From assembly GCA_964016885.1 (NCBI GenBank), contig OZ024743.1, forward strand, positions 294,190,001-294,254,000: a stretch of 64,000 nt of DNA. The letters are read 5' to 3'. Both the position numbers and the translations under genes were made by a program. Under the pieces are notes generated by a model, which saw nothing but the letters and a program-made list of their open reading frames with translations, did no database searches and was not told the DNA's origin. Shown here in pieces: positions 24,859 through 37,186 of the stretch. How positions within the stretch are numbered: position 1 is the stretch's first letter; each line of letters starts with the position of its first letter. The DNA comes from Eledone cirrhosa. Lineage: Eukaryota.

Positions 24859-27800
24859 TTAATTTACAGACACATACTCATTCAATCGGGCCATATTTGC
24901 TTCTCTCACCCATCTTTCAACAAAATGCTGGGAAGATAGTACTTCCCTCTCTACCCTGATTTTCCTTTTCAAATGAAATTTGAAAAAGTTAATCAGGGAA
25001 TCACCGAAGATGTCAGTGCTCGTCTTCTGCCCTTTCAAACGTGTCCACCATACTATCTCTTTCGCCATGGCCACCAGACAGATAAAAACTGCCTGCCCTT
25101 CCCGGCTAAAGGAAGAGGGCGGGGAAATCCTCAGGATGGACTCAGCTGATAGCTGGATCCGTCCTACACGTGACAGCAGGTGTTCGACATAAACCCACAA
25201 GTCAGCAATGCTCGGACACTGGACGAGTGCGTGCAGGACGGTTTCGTCGCCCTGCGCGCATCTCGGACATGCCCGGCTGACGGCACCTCCATGCCTGTAG
25301 AATTTATACCGAACAGGCAAAGCTCCTCGGTAGCACTGCCAAGCCAGGGATTTCTGGAAGTTGTCCATAGGCCCCGGCCCGAGAGTCCTCCCAAAGAGAT
25401 TGGCTAGTTTATTTTCTTCGACGCCTAGAATTTCTCCAAGTACGTCGTCGCTCTTCCCCTCCACTAATCCTCTATAGAACGCCAAGGTCCACCTTGGCGT
25501 TCTATTTCCACCGATCACATTGCCCGATTGGTTGAGGGCTGTGAGCGCCTGAAGACATTCTAGTCTCCAAGCGCTCCCTCTCGGTCTTCGCTTGACCCAG
25601 GACTGCAGCTCCGTCAAGGAGACGAGCTGGGGAAAGACGCGTCTAGCAAACGGCCACCACACCTCATCACCGTCGAGGAAGAGGTGGAGATGTCGTAGCC
25701 TGAGCGCGTGTCTGCGCATCATCAGCCACGGCATGCCCAGCCCACCACGTAGTGGGTGTTGACAGCAGATGGAACGCCTGACCATCGGAGCGCGTCCCTT
25801 CCACAAAAAGCGAAAGAGCATACGCTCCAGCGCAGTCAGGCGGGGCTGAGGACAGGGTACGACGGTCAGACGGTACTAGATGACGGACGCAATGTACGCG
25901 TTAGCCACCTCCGATTGACCTTACAGGGATAGTTTCCTCTTCGCCCATTTCTGGGTGAGAGAAGCCACCCTGCTCGACACCTCGTCCCAGTTTTTGTCCG
26001 TGTGGAGGTCCGGACCGAACCAGAACCCTAGCAATTTAACCGGTCCGTCCGTCCAGCGACTGACGACGCTGTTGGACGGCATGGATCTGCCTCTCCAGGT
26101 GCCGAGCAGCTAGCCCACTGACTTTTCCTGGTTGATCATTGCTCTTGTCACCGCTTCGTATTCTCTTAGTGTAGTGCCGATCGCCTCGATGTGTTTGGCG
26201 TTCGACACCACTACGGTGACATCGTCCGCATATGCTGACACGGATCTTCCGCATCCTAGTTCGCGCGAGACCCCCCTCAACGTCTCCAGTTTGTGCAATA
26301 ATGGCTCGAGAGTCAATACGTACAAGAGGGACGAGAGGGGAGATCCTTGGCGGACCGACCGCATGATGGTGAACGGTTCCGAAAGGTGACCGTTCACTCT
26401 CACCACAGAGCAGATGTCGCTGTGCATGGCAGCGATCCAGCCTCTGAAGACTGGCCCAAAGCCAGCCGCCCTCAGGACTGCTGCTATGTAACGATGGTCG
26501 ACCCTATCGAAAGCTTTTGACTGATCTAAATTGATCAAGGACTTACCCGTGCCAGGTTCCCTAGCTTCCCTCTCTACGATATATCGCATGAGGTGGAGGT
26601 AGTGGTGGATGGATCTGTCGCGAATGGCGCACGTCTGCGCCTCTCCAACCAGACCACCAACGTCAAGCGCCAACCTCTTTGCTAGCACCTTGGCCTAACT
26701 CTGTGTTTAGCAGAGTTATGGGCCTGAAATTATCTATGTTATCCCCCTTGTTCGGATCCTTTCTCAGCAGCGCCACAGCTCCTCGGCTCACTGAGCTGGG
26801 AATTTTCCGTTCTGTTGCCAGTTGCAGTAGACGTCCGCCAAGAGGCCTCCGAACAAGTCTGCCGTCTGTACGTAAAGTTCATAGGGCAGACCATCCAAAC
26901 CAGGCGATTTACCCCATATGCAGCCAGTCATTGCCTCCCTTACTTCAGCGGCTGTTATCGGCTTTTCGCAACACTCCGACTCAGTGGCCGACAGCTGCGG
27001 CAGTCCGTCGAGGTAGACACTAAAGTCCATCCCTCGATCTGGCCCGACGCTGCCCCCGAAAAGCTGTGCGAAGTGTCGCTGAAAAGCTGCACACTTTTGC
27101 CTGGCATCGAGTAGCGTGCGCCCGTCGTGGTCCACCAAAGACGGGATCGTGGCTTTGTGGCCACGATGCACCTCCGCTACTCGGGCCCATTGAAGGGCTT
27201 TCGTCCCCTCGTGTCTGAGAGCACGTACCCAAGCGTTGACAACGCAGCCTTCGTGCTTTGCATTGAAGAATTGGTTAAGGGCCAATTTCGCCGAAAGTAC
27301 GTCGGTCGCAATGCCTTTGCTAAGCGCCTCGTCTAATTTTCTAACTAATTCTCCCTCTGCTCTATATTTCTCTATTGCTAAAGCCTTACTAAACCTAATG
27401 GACTCTATTCTAATCGCTCTTTTCAGAGCAAAGCACCACTTGTTGTTGTCGATGGCACCCGTCAACGCCCGCTTAACTAGTTCGCTAATCCGGTCTCTGT
27501 ACGCCTTGCGCGCTGGTAAGGACGCGTTTAGCTTCCAGTAGCCGGGTCCTCGTCTATGAAGCCTATCTAAGTCAAGCACACAGATCACGAATTTGTGGTC
27601 CGTGTAGCTGACTATCTTGAATTGTGGACAGCCTATGCTAGACCTATCTATTTCTCTACAAAATACTCTATGCAGATATGATCTGGATGACCCTATGCGA
27701 TTTGTCCAAGTCCACATTGCCACATTCGAGAAATCCAATCGGTACCTGTCAGACAGTTCAAAACGCCTGAGCGGGTTGGTGAGGCTCTTGCACCCTCTTC

Positions 27801-28274
27801 CCCTATCCGCTAATCCCACACAGCCCCAGCGTGCATCTAAGATCCCGTTCCAGTCGCCCACTAACACTAAAGAGCGGGTGTTACAAGAAAGGTCTCCAGA
27901 CGCCGGAAGAAATCAGGCCGCCCTGCTCCTGCCGGAGCATAGACGGTAACTGGCCTGAAAGCTTGCCCGTCTCCGCTGGTCACGTCCATCACCACCAACT
28001 TACATTCTGGGTCCAGGAAGATGTCCCGTATGGCGAGATCCAAACCTCTCCGAAAAAGCACAGAAACTCCTCCCCCCGATCCAGGACGGTTGGGAGATGC
28101 GTACACATCCTAGCCACCGAAGATAGGTGCGAAGGCCCGTGCTTCGGAGATTCTGGTCTTGCTGATGGCCACTACATCTATGTTTAGTGACCTGAGGTCG
28201 TTGAGCAGGTGGCCCTGCTTCCATGACGACCACAAGCCACGCGCATTTATGCTGCCTATTCTGAGTGAGGTCAT
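24859..28274 (-). pseudogene. Tx1 ORF2 (APE-RT-Zn finger), disrupted
   Basis: Fragments 27867-28106, 26788-27867, 26110-26688 (AYADD) and 24859-25821 are nearly identical to ORF 42623-46042. Confidence 0.92.
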
Positions 28275-28308
28275 GTTGAAATGGAGTGGAAAAGATGGGA
28301 AAGACCAC

Positions 28309-30122
28309 TTACCTTACTTCTCGTAGAGGAAGGATGGTTTGTCCATCCTTTTCACTGTTTGTGACCTCCTCCGGAAGGATGTCCATATAAATCCTCCTGG
28401 AGAGTGTTTGTCGGAAATCTCCGATGTCTTTGGGGAATTTTTGTTTTAGTGTCGTGTACGTTTTCTGTGTGATGCGAGTGATATGTATGTGTGGAGGTAG
28501 TGTGAATTGTTGGGGTGTTGTGTAGTCTTTTTCTGTGATGCTGGTGTTGTGTTGGATGTAGTGTAATAATTAGTTGTTCAAATTTAACGCTGTGTAGTGT
28601 GTATCCTTTTGGTCCTTTTGTTTTGTTTGCGTTTGTTGTGGGTTTGTTTGTTTCGCTGTTTGGTGATTGTTGTGGTGTTGGTGATGGTGGTGTTGGGGTT
28701 AATGATGGTGATGGTGTTGGTGTTTGTGGTGATGCTGGTGTGAGTGGTGGGATAGCTGTCTTAACTCTTGTTTGTTTGCTTATTTCTTTGCCCCTGCATT
28801 TTGCTTTTGGAAGGCGAAGGAAGATTATTTCTTTCTTTTTGGGGTTCTTTTTTTTCTTTTTCTTTTTTGCTGATACCATTTCCCACTCCTCCTCATCGTC
28901 ACAATCTGTCTCCAGTTGTGATAGGTCGGGGAGTGGAAAATCCTCCACAGGCGTTGGTTTTGGTTGTGGCGTGGTGGATGGTGGAGGCGCTGGTGCTAAT
29001 TCTGGCGCGTTGGGTGGTGGTGGTTTTGGTTTTGCTACTGTTGCTGAGGTTGTTGCTGATACAGTTGCCCTTGTTGTTGCTGCTCCCATTTCTGCTGATG
29101 GTGGTTTTGATGGTTGAGTCACTGGGGTGGGTAGGAAAGGTGGCCTCAACTTTTTATCCTGAGGGCAGAAAGCCTTTAGGTGGGTTCTTTCGCCACAAAC
29201 GACACAACTAGGCCTTCTACCCTCAACGATTACGGTGAGGTGGCTGCCGTCATTGAGGTCTATCACCTCTGGAATTTCCTCAATGTTTTTTTGGTCCGCT
29301 TGGATCAGGAGCTCCATCTCAGATCCTGACCAGTTCTTCTGCTTTTCTTTTGTTACCTCAATTATATTCGTGTTGGCCGCGATGCCGGTGAAGACGGCAG
29401 CCATTAGCAAGGGAATGTAGATGGCCGGCGGAACGTGAGTCATCGTGATTTTTACGAGACTCTGACCACAATAGCTTGGGACGAGTGTGAACTCGTCACT
29501 TCTTAATGGGGCCATGGAGTGCTCTCTGGCTTCCTGTGGGGTTCCAAAGAACACGTCCACGGTTCCATATTTCTGCCCACGTCTGATGTGGAGTTTTTTT
29601 GCCCACACGTCCCAAAGCTTTTTGTATCTGCGACTCGGATGCACGTTCCACTCGGTGTGCTTTTGTGTTTATCGTCCGATATGACATGGTGAACAGGCAC
29701 CGATGCTCCATTTTATTAGATGGGGGGGGGGAGAGGCTGACTCTGTACCTATCTTTTTTACCATTTGCTTGGCATCATTTAATTTATCCTGGCTTAACTC
29801 GATTGCTTTTCTTGGCTGCTTTGGCAAATGACACATTTTGTTTTGCGCTGGTGTTCATGTTGTTGTTGTTATTCTCATTGTTGTTGCTGTTGTTGTTATT
29901 GTTATTTTTGTTATTGTTATTTTTAGTTTCAGTTGTGGTGGAGGTGCTGGTGGAGTCAGTGGTGTTCGGCATGGAAGAGTCGATTCTGGGTGAATCCATT
30001 TCGATGTCACGAGATAATAATTTTTTTTTTGTTTCTGTTGTCGCTGTGGTGCTGGTGGGGGTGGCGGCTTTAACACCTGCAGTTATTGGTAATGGCGGGA
30101 AATGAATGTCTGCATGTGACAA
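28309..30122 (-). pseudogene. Tx1 ORF1 (gag-like, CCHC knuckle), frameshifted
   Basis: CVVCGERTHLKAFC knuckle; homologous to the core of 40491-42587; split over several ORFs. Confidence 0.85.
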
Positions 30123-30476
30123 ATATAAATTATTGCCACTGCTTATATTTTTAGTGTTGGCAACCGTAGTAATGTTTACAATAGTGGTGTTGGTGTGAGA
30201 GGTTAGTTTGTTAGGAAGGTTGTCAGCTTTGTGTGGCTGAGAGCCGTCTATATTTTTTTCAAAAAAAGGTTTTATTTGATAATTATAAAAGTTTAAATGT
30301 TGGGCTCAAGGCCACACATTTTTTAGTGTCCTTTTCAGAAAGCAATATATGTGAACTTATAAACACTTAACAACAAAATGTTTCCATAACTGGCAATTTG
30401 AAACAACTGAAAACAACAAACATTTGCGGAACTCAGAATAATACGATTTACTACGTAGGTCGCCAATAATAATAAC

Positions 30477-30588
30477 TGTTTCTACTTTAGGCTCAAGGCC
30501 AGCAATTATCCAGTGCATTACTGGTACTTTATTTTATCTACCCCGTAAGGATGAAAGGCAAAGTCAACCTCGGCGGGATTTGAACTCA
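30477..30588 (-). mobile_element. 5'-truncated SINE with 18-bp TSD
   Basis: TSD GTCGCCAATAATAATAAC at 30459-30476 and 30589-30606. Confidence 0.88.
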
Positions 30589-30726
30589 GTCGCCAATAAT
30601 AATAACGGTTTATGATTTGGTCGCAAAGCAAACTATTTTGGGAGAGAGGGAAGTCATTTAAATCGAACCCGTAATGATAAACTGGAAAGCTCATCTCCGC
30701 GGGATTTGAACTAGGAATGTAAATAT

Positions 30727-30789
30727 ATCATCATCATTGTCGTCATTAGAATGATCATCATCATCATCATCATCATCATTATCATCATC

Positions 30790-30826
<37 letters not shown>

Positions 30827-30858
30827 CCATTATTATTAATATTATTATTATTATTATT
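30727..30858. repeat. (CAT)n followed by (ATT)n
   Basis: Direct reading. Confidence 0.95.
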
Positions 30859-31931
30859 GATCTTTGAGTCTCACTCATTGAAGTTATTTAACTGGAAAGT
30901 TTGTTGAAATGAATATCAAGCCACTACATGCAGCCTCAGATATTCAGGACGTATCGGGGGTTCTTGCTGTTCCCAGCAAGCATGCCTTTTGAAGTGTTCC
31001 AAAAAGCGGGGCGGGACCAATTTTCTTTAACCATCCTTGGAAACCTTTTGAGATAGTACCTAGTGTGCCTATGAAAATCGGGACCACTTTGACTTCATGG
31101 CTGTTCCAAATCCTTTTTACCTCCCACTTTAAGTCCTGGTATCGGTTAATTTTCTTTCTCTCCTTCTCTTTCACTCTCGTGTCGAATGGGCAGGCTACAT
31201 CCACAATCAGGCACGATCTTTTTCCTTTGTCCAAAACCACCAGGTCAGGTCTGTTGTGTTCCAGTTTCTTGTACGTCTGTATCGTAAAATCCCACAGCAT
31301 CTTCACCTGATCGTTTTCCATCACTGACTCTGGCTCATGCTCATACCACTTCTCAGAATGTGGTAAATTGTTTACTTTGCATAGGTGCCAGTGGATCACC
31401 CTGCCCATCACATCATGTCTCCAGCCTTTATAGTGAGTCTGGGCTATGTGTTTACACTCGGATACAATGTGAGCCACAGTCGCCTCTCTCTCTCCACAGA
31501 TCCTACACAGTGGGCTAGCCTCCTCCTTGTAAATATGGTGTTTCAGCCACTTCGTTTTGAGGGCCTGCTCTGGCGCAGCCATTAGCATTCCTTCTGTAGC
31601 CATTTTACGGTCTCCTCTTTTCAACCAGTCCTATGTCTGTGGATTTCTAAATTCAGTTTACTCAAAGAAGCCACTATGAAGGGATTTTTCATGAAGGTTT
31701 CTCTTTCTCCTTGTTGTTATTTCCTCCTTGGACATCCCCTGGCCTATTGTCCCATCCTTCAGTACAGTTCTGAGCATTGGCTCCTTACTATCAGTCACGT
31801 ATTAGTGTAGGTTGTTTTTCTCCACCTGAACACAGTCCTCTATGCTGATAAGACCTTTTCCACCTTCAGATCTCCTTAAGTAGAGTCTATCGACATCACT
31901 CCTCTTGTGGTACATGTTGTAGATAGTCAAT
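30859..31931 (-). mobile_element. 5'-truncated R4/Dong-clade element (Zn knuckle + RLE part)
   Basis: ORF 30944-31624: CRICGEREATVAHIVSEC, RHD, RPDLVV..DVACP..K; 3' UTR and (AAT)n tail like 37170-37243. Confidence 0.9.
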
Positions 31932-31964
31932 ATTATTATTTTTTATTATTATTATTATTATTAT

Positions 31965-34111
31965 TTGCATTTATCTTGCTTTATGTTCATACGAGTTATC
32001 ACCAAGTCACAACCAGTGACCTCAAGAGACAACAAGGTCCGCCATGTTCAAGGAAGAACATACATACTCACACATATTTTGAAAATCTCTAAACATTTAT
32101 CAATCCAACTGTGTGGCAAACTATCGAATGCTTTTTTATAATCTATCCAAGCAATCGATAGATTTTTGTGTCTATTATGACAATCTTCCAGTATCATTTT
32201 GTTAACCAGAAGATGATCCTTACAGCCATATGAGCCTCGTTTACACCCTTTCTGCTCAATGGGAAATAGGTCATTTGTTATCATTTGTTATCAGGTGGTC
32301 ATATGTGTATTCAGTTAGGACTGATGTTAAAATATTATACATGGTGGTCAAGCAGGTTATCGGTCTGTAATTTTTGGGATTGTTTGTCTCATCATTCTTC
32401 GGAAGCAGGAATGTAATACCGTTAACTAGCCATGATGGTATCTTTTCTGCCTCCTTAACTATTTCATTGTAAAGTTGGGCTAACAGCTCATGAGACTCTG
32501 TGAAGGCATTTATCCAAAAGTTTTGTATTTTGTCTTTTCCTGGGGATTTCCATTTGCTGGTTTTTCTTAGAGCCAAGCGCAACTGTTCAACTGTTATATT
32601 TTCCCATGTTTGTTCTACAAGGTGAGCTGTTTCTTTCATTTGTCTGTCTATCCATGGGGCATGTATGTTATGAACTTTTCCTTCGGCCCAGATCTTTTCC
32701 CAGAATTCTTGCACTTCCTCCTTGGGTGGTATTGATTTAGCAGTTATTGTTGACTTACCAATTTTTCTGTAGAAGTTTCTTTGGTTGTTTTTGAACATAT
32801 TATTGTCCTTATAGAATCTAGATCGTTTTACAAAGCGCCTTATACGAGCAGCTTTGGCCGACACTTTTTGCTTGATTGTTTCTATCAGCATGTCTATGTC
32901 ACATGTTGATCTTATACTGTACTTTTTGTTCAATTTTCTAAGTTTAGTTTGTTTAACATGTTCACCTTCTTTATAGTTTGTTAAAATTTCTATGTCAGAT
33001 CGGAGAAGGTTTATTTGGCGATTGATGTTATCTTGCCAAGTAGATTTCTTGTGGGAATTCCTTTGTTTTTTCATCTTCACTCCACATAAGTGAGTAGTGA
33101 CTTTAGCCGATGCATAATAGAGATGATTTAAGTCAGTAATGTTTAGTTTGTTTGTGATGATAATGTTTTTGAGAATTATGTTAGTCTTGTGTATTATCTT
33201 TTGGTTCTGTTTGGAGTTCTGGATCTTAGGGAGGGTGTCTCGTTGCCCCATGTCAGATTCTTTCATTTTCATCCATTCGATCATAATTTCATCCTTCAAG
33301 TTGGCAAGTTCATTCTCATTCATTTCTTTATCATTTACGATCTCATTATTTTCATTTGGAGTTTCATCCTGAGCATGCACTCCTTCCACTTTTTCGCTCC
33401 TTTCTTTAATTTGTTCTGTTGCCAGTGATTCCGCCCCAACCCTGGGTTTCGAAGTGTTACAGTTTACCTCGTTTTCACTGACACATGTTTCATTTTCCCT
33501 TCGCTGACTTTGTGCTAATAGCTTGATCTGATCAATTTCTATATCAGTTAGTAACTTTTTTCTTACAATATTTCTTCGTATATTGGCTAGTTTGTTACTG
33601 TCAATATAGCCTCTGTTTTCGGGATGTTTCTTTTTCCAGTTGATATATGTTTGTTCTGTATTCGATGTATTTGATGGGTAGTACATGGCAGTGTAGAAAG
33701 CCTCAAGCACTTCTTTATTATCTTCCCTTGACCATTTTTCTCTCTTTTTCTTTGGATTTCTTGGTGGTGAGCATGGAGGGCCAACAGTAGGAGTATTCCG
33801 GTTATGGGAGGTCTCCAGCTCCGAAGTGATGGGAAGGTTTGAACCATTAGCTGATTTTTCGACCCCAGTCTGGTTCCTCTCTGAGGGACGCGGCCCTTTT
33901 TTACCCGGGTGACGGCCGATCCGGTATGAGATTTTATCATTAGACATTTACTTTATTTTGTCGCGTTTTATCCTTATCCGCCAAGGGGTAATCATTTCGT
34001 GTTACCACTTCTAGAACGAGTGTCAACCAAGACTAGAGGGGTCGTTCTCCCCTAGAGACATGGCTATTCCCCGCCGGTCGCCATCCCGGTATTTCTTGGT
34101 CACGGGGTTTT
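31965..34111 (-). mobile_element. Internally deleted R4/Dong-clade element of a second family
   Basis: 5' UTR + N-terminal domain + RT start (WKSPGKD, NYRPITCL, IDYKKAFDS) joined directly to a YVLP-stop, short 3' UTR and (AAT)n tail. Confidence 0.85.
32048..33947 (-). pseudogene. R4-like ORF, N-terminal half only; frameshifted by a 10-bp duplication at 32271-32290
   Basis: ORFs 32271-33947 and 32048-32284; no catalytic xDD motif or RLE. Confidence 0.85.
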
Positions 34112-34382
34112 CTTTTTGTTGTTTTTTTAAATTGTTATTATCATGAGTGGTTCCTTAATGTGAGCATTGCGTGGCTTAAGAATGAAATTATTAATAATTG
34201 TCTCCACTCCAGGCACAAGGCCAGCAATCACCCAGTGCATTACAATAATATAATATACTTTTTGTTGTAGTTGGCTGTTATTGTTGTTGGCTATGTCGGT
34301 GTTGGTGCCGGGGCTTTTTATATTGTTATTATTTTTTAATATTATTATTAGTATTATTATTATTATTGTTGTTATTGTTATT

Positions 34383-36975
34383 CCTTGAATCTCAGTCATT
34401 GATGTTGGTTAACTGGAAAGTCCGTTGGATTGAATATCAAGCCACTACCTGCAGCCTCAGATATTCAGGACGTATCGGAGGGTTCTTGCTGTTCCAAGCA
34501 AGCATGCCTTTTGAAGCGTTCCAAAAAGCGTGAAGGGGCCGATTTTCTTTAACCATCCCTGGAAACTTTTGGAGATAGTCCCCAGTGCGCCTATGACAAT
34601 CGGGATCACTTTGACTTCATGGCAGTTCCAAATCCTTTTCACCTCCCACTTTAGGTCCTGGTATCGGTTAATTTTCTCCCTCTCCTTCTCTTGCACTCTC
34701 GTGTCGAACGGGCAGGCCACAGCCACAATCAGGCACGATCTTTTTTCTTTGTCCACAACCACCAGGTCAGGTCTATTGTGTTCCAGTTTTTTGTCCGTCT
34801 GTATCCTAAAATCCCACAGCACCTTCACCTGATTGTTCTCCATCACCGCCTCTGGCCTATGCTCATACCATTTCTCAGAATGTGGTAGATTGTTTACTTT
34901 GCACAGGTGCCAGTGGATCACCCTGCCCATCACATCGTGTCTCCAGCCCTTATAGTGGGTCTGGGCTAGGTGTTTACACTCGGACACAATGTGAGCCACA
35001 GTCTCCTCTCTCTCTCCACAGATCCTGCACAGTGGGCTGGCCTCCTCCTTGTAGATATGGTGCTTCAACCACTTCGTTTTGAGGGCCTGCTCCTGCGCAG
35101 CCATTAGCATTCCTTCTGTAGCCTTTTTGAGGTCTCCTCTTCTCAACCAGTTCCATGTCTGTGGATCTCTAAATTCAGTTTTCTCAAAGAAGGTACTATG
35201 AAGGGGTTTTCCCTTAAGGCTGCTCTTCCTCCTTGATGTTATTTCCTTCCTGGACATCCCCTGGCCTACTGTCCCCTCCTTCAGTACAGCTCTGAGCATT
35301 GGCTCCTTACTATAGGTCACGTATTTGTATAGGTTGTTTTTCTCCATCTGAACACAGTCCTCTATGCTGATAAGACCTCTTCCACCCTCAGATCTCCTTA
35401 GGTAGAGTCTATCGACATCACTCCTCTTGTGGAACATGTTGTAGATAGTCAATAGCTTCCTAGTCTTCCTATCTATTTCTTTCTGTTCAGCAACATTCCA
35501 TCTCAGAATTCCCGCACTGTACCTAATAATAGACACAGCTCGGGAATTTACTGCGCTTATGGCATTTCTGCTGTTCAGATGTGACTTCAATACGCTCCTT
35601 ACTCTCCGAATGTATTCAGTTCTTAACAATTCCTTCATTTTTTTGTTCTTTATGCCATCAGCCTCCAGAACGCCCAAATACTTGTATCCTTCCTCAGAGT
35701 CAATTTCCTTTATCATCTCACCTGTTGGTATCTGGATCCCGTTACTTCTGCTCAACCTACCCCTCTTCATCACAATGACTCCACATTTACCAATACCAAA
35801 CTGCATACATATATCACTGCTGAAAATACGGACAGTGTCAACAAGCACATCCAACTCCTTCTCACTTTTCCCGAAGAGCTTAAGATCGTCCATGAAGAGG
35901 AGGTGATTGATGGTAAGCTCTCCCCTTCCCAACTTGTATCCTGCTCTCACTTTTCGCAGCATAATGGTCAAGGGCATCAGGGCAAGGACAAACAACAGAG
36001 GGGACAGGCTATCTCCCTGGAAGATACCTCTCTTGATCTTCACGCTTCCCAAGGATACTCCAGTTGATGTCAACTCTGTCTCCCAGGACCCCATACTCCT
36101 GCCCAGCAACTGTCTGATGTTATCCGCCACCCTGAAGATCTCCAGGCTTTTGGTGATCCAGGAATGAGGCACCATGTCAAATGCCTTTCTGTAGTCTATC
36201 CATCCCATGGCAAGATCAGTGTGTCTCCTCCTGCAATTCCCCATTACCATCTTATCAATAAGCAACTGGTCCTTTGTACCACGTGACTTCTTTCGGCATC
36301 CTTTCTGTTCGTCCGGTAACAAGTTGTTTGTGTGGAGGTGATGGTAGATTTCCTCAGACACAATGCTCGTCAACAGTTTCCACATTACGGGCAGACATGT
36401 GATAGGTCTATAGTTGGTAGCATCATTACCCTTGATTCGGTCTTTCATTATCAGAACTGTGGTACCTTTTGTCAACCACTCTGGCACCTCACCCGACACC
36501 AAGCAGTCATTGAACATGGCCGTCAGCTTCGGGTGGAGGGATGTTAGATGTTTAATCCAATACCCCTGCACACCATCTGGGCCTGGCGATTTCCAGTTGG
36601 TTAGTTTTTTGGCTTGTCCCTTAAGAGTTTCAACTGTGATACTCAAATCAGTCTGTTGCTGTGCCTGCTCACCGATCTCCCTCTGTACTGTCTCAATCCA
36701 CCCTGCCTGGGCATTGTGTCTAACATCCTGCTCCCATATTCCTCTCCAGAATGTTTTAGTTTGCTCCGCCCCAGGGATCAAGTCGTTGCCTCTTTCTTTG
36801 CCCTCAAGCTGTCCAAACAGCATCTTCTGGTTGTTGTCGGACATGCGGTTCTGTTTATACTGACTGACTCTGTTCTCGTATCGCCTGATTTTTGCACTCT
36901 TTGCTACAATGCGTTGCTTCAATTCCTCTATGATAATATTTAGCTTTTTACTCCTAGTTTTGTATTTTATTTCCA
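34383..36975 (-). mobile_element. R4/Dong-clade element, downstream tandem copy, 5'-truncated
   Basis: Near-identical to 37170-39762 (offset 2787). Confidence 0.93.
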
Positions 36976-37108
36976 CTCCAGGCACAAGGCCAGCAATCAC
37001 CCAGTGCATTACAATAATATAATATACTTTTTGTTGTAGTTGGCTGTTATTGTTGTTGGCTATGTCGGTGGTGGTGCCGGGGCTTTTTATATTGTTATTA
37101 TTTTTTAA

Positions 37109-37157
<49 letters not shown>

Positions 37158-37186
37158 GTTATTGTTATTCCTTGAATCTCAGTCAT
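34457..37186 (-). CDS. RT + CCHC + RLE ORF with chimeric low-complexity N-terminus
   Basis: 909 aa; GIFQGDSLSP, LFMDD, CRIC..H..C, RPDLVV; the conserved D of IVDVACP is A here; the first ~70 aa derive from 3' UTR/microsatellite/SINE sequence. Confidence 0.85.

Larger units (their letters stand above)
24615..30464 (-). mobile_element. Full-length but mutated Tx1/L1-clade non-LTR retrotransposon
   Basis: ORF1 and ORF2 fragments collinear with 40277-46352; bounded by (AAT)n. Confidence 0.92.
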
